DNA from: Octopus sinensis
Lineage: Eukaryota
Length of the DNA stretch: 64,000 bases
Direction: 5' to 3'
NCBI RefSeq assembly: GCF_006345805.1
Contig: NC_042998.1
Coordinates: 154,442,001-154,506,000 of the forward strand
The position numbers were made by a program, and so were the translations under genes. Shown piece after piece: positions 34,910 to 45,949 of the stretch. The first letter of the stretch is position 1, and each line of letters starts with the position of its first letter. Under the pieces are notes generated by a model, which searched no databases, was not told where the DNA came from, and was given only the letters and a program-made list of their open reading frames with translations.

Positions 34910-37276
34910 GGTCAAACAAGCGTTTGACCCGGTCATAAAAACAACAAAAAAAAATGTAATAGGTGTAAAACGATTTCCTCTAAACGAATATGACAAAAAA
35001 AATGCGCGCTCGCGAAATGGGGTGGGTTGGGGAGAGGCATCGGAAAATGCACATTGTGAATTTCCGAAAGCGTCTGAGGGTCTGACCCGGGCACAAAAAA
35101 AAAAAAAAAATAGTGTAATAGGTGTAAAATAATTCCCTCTAAACGAATATGACAAAAAAAAAATGCGCGCTCGCGAAAGCGGGGTGCGGGAGAGGACTCG
35201 GAAAATTCACATCGTGAATGTACCGAAAGCGTCTGACCCGAGCACAAAAACAAAACAAAAAAATAGTGTAATAGGTGTAAAACAACTTGTTCTAAACGAT
35301 TATCAAAAACATACACACACACAAAGAGAAATGGTTGGTTCAAGGCAAGTGTGCATTGAAATGAATTTAAATAAGCAAGAAAGATATTATCAAAGAAAAG
35401 GCCATAGCACCATCTTTCGTATCTGTTGTTGTTGTTAATATTATCATCATTATTATTACTATGGAGTTGAATGTGTGTGTGGTGAAGTTATTAATATCAA
35501 TATCAATACATTAACCAACACCATTGAAGTGAAATAATAGTTTCTATACTTTTGGTTTGGCACTGCTAAATTGAGTCAAAGACTATATAATACAAGTCAG
35601 CAGAAAAAAAAAAAGAAAAATGCGATATCCATAACAGTAAAGAAATAAGACCTCCCCCAAACAGTAACCCTTGTGTTTAAAATCTCCCTAACAAAAAGAA
35701 GAGAGGTTGTTTGGCTATGGGCTACATTGATTTTTTCATGTTGTGGTTTAGCCAAAAAGTTTGCTCAAATCAAGTAAACTTATGAACCAAAGGTAGCCTA
35801 GCCATGACCATCTCAATGGTTTTCTTTCTTTTTGTCAGACATGGCACTTAGGACAAGTGCCTTCTACTCTACCTGACCCCAGGCTGACCAGTGCCCAGTG
35901 AGAGAATTTGGTAGATAGAAACTGTGGAAGTCTGTTGTATGTGTGTGTCTTTATACTCCACGCTCACTACTTGACAACTGGCATTGGTTTGTTTACATCC
36001 CTCTAACTAAGCAGTTCAGCAAAAAAAAAAAAGCCCAACAGAATAAGTACCAGAGTTTTAAAAAATAAGCATTGGGGTTGATTTGTTTGAGTAAAATCCT
36101 TTAAGGCAAAGCCCTAGCATGGCTGCAGTCCAATGACTGAAACAAGTAGAAGAGAGTGGTGTACCAAAGATTATACCATTCAATGTGTTCTAATGCTCCT
36201 CTTGAGTCATTGCAAGTGAACATGTGCAATAAAGACATGAGTAGAGAAGCTCCAGAGTGATACCATTCAGGGAAGGATTGAACATAATTTTTAGAGAAGA
36301 AGAGAGACAAGGGTAAGAAATGCCTGATTGTGATGGTGCAAACCTCACCCAGGTCTGAAGATAATAAGTTGTAATTTTGTTGTTTATACCTAAAACATGG
36401 ACTGCTTGTTTATACCCAAGAAATGGACTTGCTGTTTGTACTCAAGAAACGTGCAACGCACAGGTTATAATTATTTCTAAAAAAAATAATTTAAATGTAT
36501 GTGAAAGAGAATTTAATAACACAAACTGTCTGCATAAAGAATTAAAAAAATGAAAAAGAGTGGCAAGTTTCGTAAATAGGGGCAGAGTAAGGTTGAATAT
36601 TTAAGAGAATTTACAGCATGTAAGATGTTTGTAAGCAATTCCAGAACAACAAAAGCCATTACTTTCACTGCAAAATTTAAATTTTGTTTGTGTCTAAATA
36701 TTTTCGGTCTTTGAAACCATGGCAAACCCCTGACAAAAACTTGTGCTGCATCTCTTTTGTCAGTGAACAAGTCTCAGATTTCAAAGCGACAAAAATATCG
36801 ACATTGAAATGAGATTTAAATGTTGCAGTGAACCAACCATTTCTCTTTGTGTGTGTGTGTGTGTGTGTGTATGTTCTTGTTAATCATTTAGAACAAGTAG
36901 TTTTACACCAATTACACTATTTTTTAATTTTTTTCCAGCCTGGGTCAAACACTATAGTTTAAAGGCCATGGACTGAAGGTGTGAATTTTCCAAGTACTCT
37001 CCCCCACCCCCCTTTGCGAGCATGCATTTTTTGTTATATTCGTTTAGAGCAAGTTGTTTTACACACATTACACTATTTTTTTTTTTGTTTTTGTGCTTGG
37101 GTCAGATTCTCAGACGCTTTTGGAAATTCACGATGTGAATTTTCCGAGGCCTCTCCCCTACCCCACTTTTGCGAGCATGCATTTTTTTTGTCATATTCAT
37201 TTCGAGGAAATTATTTTACACCTATTACACTACTTTTTTTTGTTTTTATGACTGGGTCAAACGCTTTAGTTTGACC
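34910..37276. mobile_element. Foldback element with ~430-450-bp TIRs built of ~155-bp tandem subrepeats around a ~1.5-kb spacer
   Basis: 34910-35342 is the reverse complement of 36829-37276. Termini GGTCAAAC...GTTTGACC; degenerate TSD aaaatttc / aaaaatcc. Confidence 0.8.
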
Positions 37277-38469
37277 AAAAATCCTTTTGATTAGCTACTT
37301 TGTCAAAGGGATATTTTTAGTGAAATTAACTGTTATTTTTGCATTGTTCATTTCTGTGTTGATGTTGATTTTATGATTGCTTTTGTTGTTCGTCTTTGTG
37401 TTAGTTCTATGAAAAGGTATGAATTTATCAGTTGGGCTATCAATATGTGATATTGCTGTTTAAGATTAGTGGGTGTAATAATAGGGAGATTGAGCTAAAG
37501 TAACAGAAAATATTCGGTTCACATTTTCTATAAATTCAATTATGAAAATAAACGATAATTCTTCGTGCACCAAAAATATTCTCCCTCACACACACACGCC
37601 TCGGGCATCAAACAAACTGATATGAGTTAAAAGAAAAGGAAAGGTACGTTGAACACGACGACCGTCCTCAACATCAACATCTATAGTAATATACTACAAT
37701 AACATTCACTATTTTCCTCCAGTTGAGAAAGATTAATAGAGTAATAGTTCCATGATATAATCACTGAAATCTGGAGTTATCAAGTTTATTGACATTTTTG
37801 AATATTTCTTCAAAGATAGTTTTTCATGCCAATTAGAAAAATCTCAAAGTACAAATGCTGTTGGAATTGACTTTGCCTTTCATCCTTTCCGGGTCAATAA
37901 AATAAGTACTAGTTGAACACTGGGATCAATGTAATCAATTTATCCTTTCTCTTGAAAATGCTGGCCTTGTGCCATGTCTCTAAATTCCACACTTAAAACC
38001 AGCTGTTTTTTTTTTATCTAATTGGAGAATATGTGCTCAGGCTTTATGGAGAAAGTTACATACTCTAAGCTAAGATCTTTCCATTTATCTGACTAAAACT
38101 GCAGAAATGTAAGCTTTATTTTTAACCCTATAAAACTAACAAGTGTTTGAAAGGATTAATTTTCAAAACTTTCAGTGTTATTCCACTCAACTTTATATCA
38201 AAATTACTGCCTATTTAAGGGTTTTTTTCTTCCTACTAATTAAAATACCTCATCTCCTCTTTCAACTAAATGCTGAGCACATCAACAAGGAAACATCCCT
38301 ATGAGGTTACTGTATCTGCTAGAAATCTCTCTCTCTTTGTTTTAAAATACATATAGGAAGGACATATTGGACACTCCCACAACAGAAATGTTAAGACCTA
38401 TTCTTCTGGTGGTGTACAGCATTCGTAACAGAGTCACATAAAAGCAGCCAAATGCTGTAATGTAAAAGT

Positions 38470-38675
38470 GCTGTGTGGTGGCAAGTAAAAGTGCCCATCA
38501 AGTGACATGTAAAAGTACCCATGCAGTGCCACATAAAAGCATCCAGCGCACTCTGTAAAGTGGTTGGCAGTAGGAAGGGTATCCAGCTATAGAAACCATG
38601 ACAAATTAGACTGGAGTCTGGTGCAGCCACCCAGCTCTGATCAGCATGGACAATGGATGTTAAATGATGATGATA
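38470..38675 (+). mobile_element. SINE / RTE-tail family copy (diverged)
   Basis: gtggttggcagtaggaagggtatccagctatagaaacc...gttaaatgatgatgat. Confidence 0.7.
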
Positions 38676-38939
38676 TGTCATTAGTAAAATTTTTAGCCAG
38701 TGAAGCATTTTGTGTACAAGTGTTGGAACAAAAATAGTAACTCCCTTGTTCACTTGTGAACATCATTATTTTTGATAATGCTCAACTGATAATGCTAGTT
38801 GATTGATTATAATTTAGATTTATCTGTTCTGCAATTGGTATGTTTATGAATGGTTATCTTTTTCTAAAATTTTTTTCTTGGAATTTGAAGTTATTCAAAG
38901 TTAGACTTCAGCTTTTGACTCACAGTCATATTATCTCCT

Positions 38940-39215
38940 CTCTCTACCTGTTCTACCGCTATGTCTGCTCCTCAGAGCTGGTTGGCTACATGCCATCTAC
39001 ACCCAGATACCTTTGAAACACATTTCTCCTCTTTCCATGATCCATGTTATATCCACATACCCTCAGGCCCCACACTAACCACTACACCCAATCATTCCTC
39101 CCCAGAACATCAACTTCTTGCACTTCCTTCATTGTCATTTTCGTTCTTCCAGTTGTTGACTTGCAATAGTTTAAGTGAAACGTTAACAGTATCAACCCCA
39201 CTGGTCTTGGAGGGC
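38940..39215 (+). mobile_element. CR1/L2-type LINE 3' end remnant
   Basis: PRTSTSCTS..IF...VDLQ*FK*NVNSIN resembles the PRTS.LWNSLP..VFP...DL..FK..V C-terminus of this clade. Confidence 0.45.
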
Positions 39216-39562
39216 CTGTAGAGACCATGGTACTGCTTCTTATGAGACCTAGTTAATAAAAAAAATACAATTGAAAAAAAAATATGTTGCCTGGATTCAT
39301 TGTCCATTTGTTATCATTCTGCAAATTTGATTACTTTATCGTTCTGATTTCTTGAAAAATAATTTTTTCAGTTCATCTTTCATCATTGCAACTTAAGTTA
39401 CCTCATTATCTCTTGAAAACCACCATCTGTGTGAAACAGAAGTCCCTCTACCTCAGTTTTTACTTCTTGGCACAACAGAGAATAGATTTGATAGCTTGAG
39501 GCAGTGTTTTTGTATGTAACTTTTACATATGAATCATACAGTACATATTCTTTACACTAGGG

Positions 39563-42480
39563 CAGTGCTCTGCAACCAGTATACTGCAGCACATCTGTGT
39601 GCCATGAGATAGTGCTAGGTGTGCGGCAGTGTAACCTGAGTATAATTTTTTTCCCTATACTTTTAGTTATATTTTTAGTTCAGGTGTTTCTGAAATTTCT
39701 TATTTCCTATATCATTTTGCATATCAAATATCCTTTGAACAGTTTCATTTGATAGTGATAGAATATATAAGATCTTTGCCACATTTTCTCATAACATGCA
39801 GCCAATAAGATCTTTGCAATAGGATAAGATTGAAGTGTTTGTGATTGTGTGAGGTTTCTTATTTTTCACATTTTTGCGGACAACCATACAGTTGGCATTT
39901 TGGCTTCATGTCATTGATACATTTGCCCATATTTCATGCCTTTTATTTGGCATATAATTATTCTTTGTCATTTAGATCAAAATAAGATGACAAATGCTGT
40001 TTCATAACACATTGTGGAATACCTTCACTTCTAGTATAATTACAAGCAAAATCAAATTTGATGGATGACCATAGGATATCATTATTACTTAGGGCGAACA
40101 ATTATTTTAGGGGTTAGTTGCTGATTACACAGCAAACAAGTACATCAAGCTGATCTGTGCTAAAACTTTATTATGCTTTTATAAACTTAGAAAAGATATT
40201 GCTTTTATTCAATTCAACACATTTATCAGAAGTTCAAAAGCAATTTTTGAAAATATGTTTTCTGGGAATGTGAAGTCTGTTGGCCTCTAAAGTCAAAAAA
40301 AAAACTCAGTCAAGGTGAATGACTATGACTGACTCTAATGTACAGTGATGGTGTTTGCTATGTCTGGTTTATAGGCACGTGAATTGCAGTTATTTGGTTG
40401 TGATTACTTCAGAATTCCAATGTTTTTGCTATCCCTGCAATTTCTCCTGAATATCTCTGGAGGAATATATATCCTGGTTGAGAAACCCTGGTCTAGTTGG
40501 TGTAACCAGCCCAGTTATGATTCATAGTGTAGTTTAGTTTTTTCCAGTTTGCATTGAGGTTGCTTTCAGAGACTTTTGAACATCTGCTTACCCCAGATGT
40601 AAAAGTTTTGACAATTCATAAATCATTAATACTATAACCTGTTACTAAATATTGTCATAAGTGTTTTGTACTCCTCTGCAATAATAAGCTCATCTCATCC
40701 CTATATAAAACTGTTGTATTCTGTGTAGGGAGTCTGCAACTGCTAAGGCTTCTCCTATAGGAGAATATGGTTTCAGTTGGATGTATAACTTTTGCCAAAT
40801 ACAGTGGATTTTGAACCTGTATGATGATAAAATAGCTTCAAATTAAGACAGTTGCATTGCTTTTGAAAGATCCAGAATCCAATTTCTGCTTTTGATGAAT
40901 TAAGTTGATGCATTGAAATCAGAAATGCTTACATCTTTAATTTTACTTGCAATAACAATTTTCAGTTCTTTGAACAAAGTGCTAAGGTCTTTGTTCTCTT
41001 TAAATGGTGTATCTGGTTTTAGCAATTGTTCAAATGATGAATCTGTTAACATGGGTGATAATAAATCAATAAGATTTATTTGTTAATATATGTTAGTTTC
41101 ATGAATGGTTGAAAATAGTCAGTTGTCTATATATAACATGTAAGTGGATGTTGTTGAGTTCTTCACTTCTGGTTTTGATGTGTGTTTCTAGTGCCTCATT
41201 ATACATTTCAAGTAGAACTTGAGAACTAGTTCCAGAACTAGAGTTTCAGTTTTCCTAGATGACCTATAGTAGGTCATACTATTTTCATTCCACTTCAGAC
41301 TACACATGTCCTTTGCATTCAGAGCCCTAACTGGTTCATTCACTATAGAAAAGATTCATTATATCCCAGCCATTTTCTGTAGTGAAACTTATGAAAGAAA
41401 CAAACAACCTTCTTGAAGTTTTCAATTATTTCAGTTCCAAAGGATGGTGATGTCCACTTGTCTTAAAACTGCACTTTCACCTCAAGCTTTAAAAATATTC
41501 CAGAACTAGTTCCAGAACTAGAGTTCCAGTTTTCCTAGATGACCTATAGTAGGTCATACTATTTTCATTCCACTTCAGACTGCACATGTCCTTTGCATTC
41601 AGAGCCCTAACTGGTTCATTCACTATAGAAAAGATTCATTATATCCCAGCCATTTTCTGTAGTGAAACTTATGAAAGAAACAAACAACCTTCTTGAAGTC
41701 TTCAATTATTTCAGTTCCAAAGGATGGTGATGTCCACTTGTCTTAAAACTGCACTTTCACCTCAAGCTTTAAAAATATTCCAGAACTAGTTCCAGAACTA
41801 GAGTTCCAGTTTTCCTAGATGACCTATAGTAGGTCATACTATTTTCATTCCACTTCAGACTACACATGTCCTTTGCATTCAGAGCCCTAACTGGTTCATT
41901 CACTATAGAAAAGATTCATTATATCCCAGCCATTTTCTGTAGTGAAACTTATGAAAGAAACAAACAACCTTCTTGAAGTCTTCAATTATTTCAGTTCCAA
42001 AGGATGGTGATGTCCACTTGTCTTAAAACTGCACTTTCACCTCAAGCTTTAAAAATATGCAACTCTGTGCTCTTTAGAATTTCTCACACACCTTGATCCC
42101 ATCCTAAAGTGGAACCAAATGGTCTCTGCAAAAGAAAATCAACTTATCATAGCCCCTTAATCTGTTAATCTTTTACATTTAGCTTCTGTTAACTCAAGTT
42201 TGTTTCATAAAAACTGATAAACATTTAAAAGTTTCTATTGTTTTCAGATTATCTTAGCTTATTTGATATTGTATGCATTGTTCTTTCAACCCCGATATAA
42301 TGCCACTTATTATAAATAACTTGTAGGACCTTGTTTGGCCCTGCCTGGATATGAAACCATATCCACCTACTTGTTGCTTGCAAAGACAACAGGAAATTTC
42401 TTTTTCCTGTCAAGAGGGAACAGTGATTGATCTGTTTCCACTTGATCCTTGACCTCGCTGAGGTGGATGTCAATAGGAAA
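39563..42480 (-). mobile_element. Degraded hAT (Charlie/Buster-like) transposon fossil
   Basis: The end at 39563 reads CAGTGCTCTGCAACC...gcagcacatctgtgtgccatgag, a Charlie-type terminus. Minus-strand remnants of the RWLSRG-like motif lie near 42090-42110. Confidence 0.55.
41223..42057. repeat. Three near-identical tandem copies of a 280-bp unit
   Basis: gaactagttccagaactagag starts at 41223, 41503 and 41783. Only a few substitutions separate the copies. Confidence 0.95.
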
Positions 42481-42884
42481 AATATTGACTACCATAAAGG
42501 GGAAAAAATCAATGGAAGGAAAAAAGTTGGTAAATATTTTGGTGTGAATGCAAATAGTTGTTTCATGGTAGCAGGGCATACTAGAAATAGCAGCCAAATC
42601 TTTCCTTTTTTGGAAAAAAAAGAGCCCTTTACGTGTGATTTCAATGTCACATTCGTTGAAAGCATGCAAAATAAACTGGAAAAGAAAAAAAGATCTGTGA
42701 AACAAAACTCCCTTAGTGGAAAACTTCGAGGTTCCCACCTTTTTTTTTTTGGAAAAAAGTGACTTGCGGCAAGTTTGGAAGTCAAGTATGTTGAATGCAC
42801 TCCCCACCCCAAAAAGCTATGGAAAAAATTTATTCCACACTGAGGTATGAAATATTTACCGAAAGAATAAAATCTGATACTCTT

Positions 42885-43258
42885 TACTCTTTTTTACTTG
42901 TTTCAGTCATTTTACTGTGGCCATGCTAAAGCACTGCCTTTAGTCAAACAAATCGACCCCAGGACTTATTCTTTGTAAGCCTAGTACTTATTCTATCAAT
43001 CTCTTTTGCCGAACTGCTAAGTTATGGGGACATAAACACACCAGCATCGGTTGTCAAGCACTGTTGGGGGGACAAACACACACATACATATATACGACGG
43101 GCTTCTTTCAGTTTCCGCCTACCAAATCCACTCACAAGGCTTTGGTCAGCCCGAGGCTATAGTAGAAGACACTTGCCTAAGGTGTCATGCAGTGGGATTG
43201 AACCCTGGAACCATGTTGTTGGTAAGCAAGCTACTTACCACACAGCCACTCCTACGCC
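42885..43258 (-). mobile_element. tRNA-derived SINE
   Basis: Minus-strand head ggcgtaggagtggctgtgtggtaagtagcttgc...ccagggttcaatccc; same family as 21790-22190. Confidence 0.8.
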
Positions 43259-44844
43259 TACTGATTATACCTGTATTTTAATTTAATTCAAATTAATGTA
43301 CTTCATCTTGAGGTGTGGTAAAATTTTTGTCAGTTGCCATCTAGGATAATTTTAGTAACAAATCAATCAGGCAAGATGCATTAAGAATCTCAATTTTAGT
43401 GTTTATCTATAATGTTATTTCTTTTGCATCTGTTAATTAAATATATTTGCCCATAAAAGTCAAATTTACTCAGCAAGATCAGCTAAAAGTACATAACTAT
43501 AAACCAGTGGTATATAAAGCACCCTGAGACAAAATTTCAAATCTATATATAAAAATCATACTGGGGTCGATCTAATCGACTGGCCCCTTCCCCAAAAATT
43601 TTGGGCCTTATGCCTAGAGTAGAAAAGATTATATGGTATATAAATTCATCAGTCAGAAAAGTATTCTATTTTTAATTTACTTTGGTAATTGTTTAGGTTT
43701 TCTATTGAAAAATACAATATTTGACTTTCACTTTGGCTTGATATGAAATCTGTCAATTTTCTAAGATTAATTATTTGCTTATTTTTGATATATTGGTAGT
43801 CATTTATTACTTACCATAGATATTCAAATATTTAACAAATCCCAATGCTGAAACATAAGTTCAAAAGAAATGGAAGCAGAAAGAATGTGACGAAATAATT
43901 ATTTGACGAAAAAACAAGAAATGACAACATGAACAATAATGAACATTTGAACTATTGATTAACTGTTTGACCAAAGTGTTTAACATATGAGTTAGAAAAA
44001 CTGATAAAAAACGGCAGATCAATAAGTTTGTTAGCAGAGTAACTAACCCAATAACTAACAATAACAATAAAGGACCGAACCAGTGGGTGTGTTTATTATT
44101 ACCAGCATAATGCTCTTCCCAAGGTTCAATAATATTTATATTCATATACTTTGAATATTTATATTTATTCATTATTTACTAAATTATTAAAATTTTTATT
44201 AAGAATGGGGAACTGTGTACAAGTTTATATTTAGAATATTTTCAAGTATCAGTCTCTAGTCCTTTTAACTTCATCCAATACACAATCACTTTTGCCATAG
44301 CCATCAAACAAAAGAAAGAAATAACACAGGATATCCAAAATGTAAACTAACTGGCTCACATAGACCAAATCTGTGATCTGCATGGTCAACTTACATAAGA
44401 CCTATATACAAAAAGAATAGAAAACATTTATGGCCTATGGTAATTTGCATAATTTAAATGGAAATGAGTGAAGAGTAATAACTTAGAGTGGCCACTGGTA
44501 TGAATATGTACAATAAAAACAGTAGTATATCAAATACCATACAAGATAAATTCTTGAGTTATTGAAGCTCATATTCCCTTTGAGAGAAGAGTAAACAAAT
44601 GCCAGCAGTGACCAACTCTGTTTAAATTACACTACGCTTTAAATGTATCCCATTCTTTTTGTATGCATCTGAGTATCTTGTCTGCCAGAGTTGATGTAGC
44701 ACAACTACTGTGTTCATGATGCTTAAAGAGATAGAAACACATCCATAGCTGCTCTCTTGTCTCTAATAAGATTATCTTTTCTTACTGTCAGTTTTGGAAA
44801 ATTTTTATATTTGAGATTATTTTCCCTTCTCATTTAGAGTTTCA

Positions 44845-45130
44845 GTCATCATCATCATTTAACGTCTGTCTTCCATGCATGTATGGGGAGGACAGTTGAC
44901 AGGAGCTAGCCAGGCAGAAGACTACCCCAGTTTATTGTGTCTGTTTTGGCAGGGTTTTTATGGCTGGCTGCCCTTCCTAAACCAACCACTTTGCAAGGTG
45001 AGCTCAGTGCTTTTTATGTGGCACTAGGACAGATGAGGTTAGTTTTCGCATGATTTTTACGGCTGGATGCCCTTCTGAATGCCAACCACTTTACAGTATG
45101 GACTGGATACTTTTTATGTGGCAGCAGCAC
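44845..45130 (-). mobile_element. SINE / RTE-tail family copy (diverged)
   Basis: catcatcatcatttaacgtctgtcttccatgc...ggctggatgcccttc. Confidence 0.7.
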
Positions 45131-45949
45131 TGGGAGGGTCACCAAGTAACTTGCAAGACAAGGAGTTTTAAGAGGAGCAGGGACATTTGAGGAAGGAACT
45201 TGTTGGAGGATGAAAGGTTAGAGTGTGACAGAGAGGCAGAAACAGGTGTCTTATTATAATGGAGGGGGCATTGGAGGAGGTGATGTGGTGTCAAATGATG
45301 AAAGGTGAGAACATGTCAGAAATAGAGAGGCAGAAACAGGTGTCTTGCTATAGAGGAGGTACATGGTTACCCAGTGAGTGAAAGAGAGGGAGAGAGAGGT
45401 ACAAGAAAGGAGACAGAAACAGGTGTGCTGATGTAAAGGATATACTTTATTACCTAGTCAGAGGGAAAAGCAAGAGAAGAATAGAGAGAGAGAGATAAAA
45501 AATGAGGGCAGAAACATGTGTGCTGCTGTAGAGGAGATACATGGCTATCCAGCCATAGGAAAAGAGAGGGAGAGTGGGAAACAGCAAAAGTACAAGAGAG
45601 AGCAGTAGAGAGATGGTGAAGTGCCAGGGTATACTCACAAGTAACAAGGATCAAAGCATAGATGTGATGGTAGAGTAAGGAAGAGAGAGGTACAGAGTTC
45701 TTAATATACACAGTTGGGTTTTGCCTAGAAGGCACAAGTAAGGAGTGGGGATTGCAGTGACTGGTGAAGACATGGGTATAAAAATGGGGTGGGGGAAAGC
45801 AGCAGGGCAGTGAAGAGGATTGGAAGAAATCATAGTTTATGCAGAGGAAATATGAGGAAGAGAAAGATGCAGTTTAGAAGAGATGTAGTTTGGGTGTGTG
45901 AAAAGTTTGTTGTTATATGTGGGTGGGATGCAATGTTTCTAGCACTCAA

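Noticed and set aside
39110-39307. Minus-strand ORF behind a good acceptor site
   Set aside because: The opposite strand matches a CR1/L2-type 3' end better.
41259-41277. Everted nuclear-receptor half sites TGACCT-N5-AGGTCA repeated three times
   Set aside because: A short motif inside a transposon fossil, multiplied passively by the tandem amplification. There is no evidence of function.
42367-42812. Overlapping 107-146-aa ORFs on both strands
   Set aside because: Low-complexity A/T runs, partly the continuation of the hAT fossil. No coherent protein.
43861-44172. 103-aa hydrophobic ORF resembling a transmembrane segment
   Set aside because: The hydrophobicity follows from T-rich sequence (reverse of taacaataacaat). 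There are no receptor motifs or convincing splice sites.
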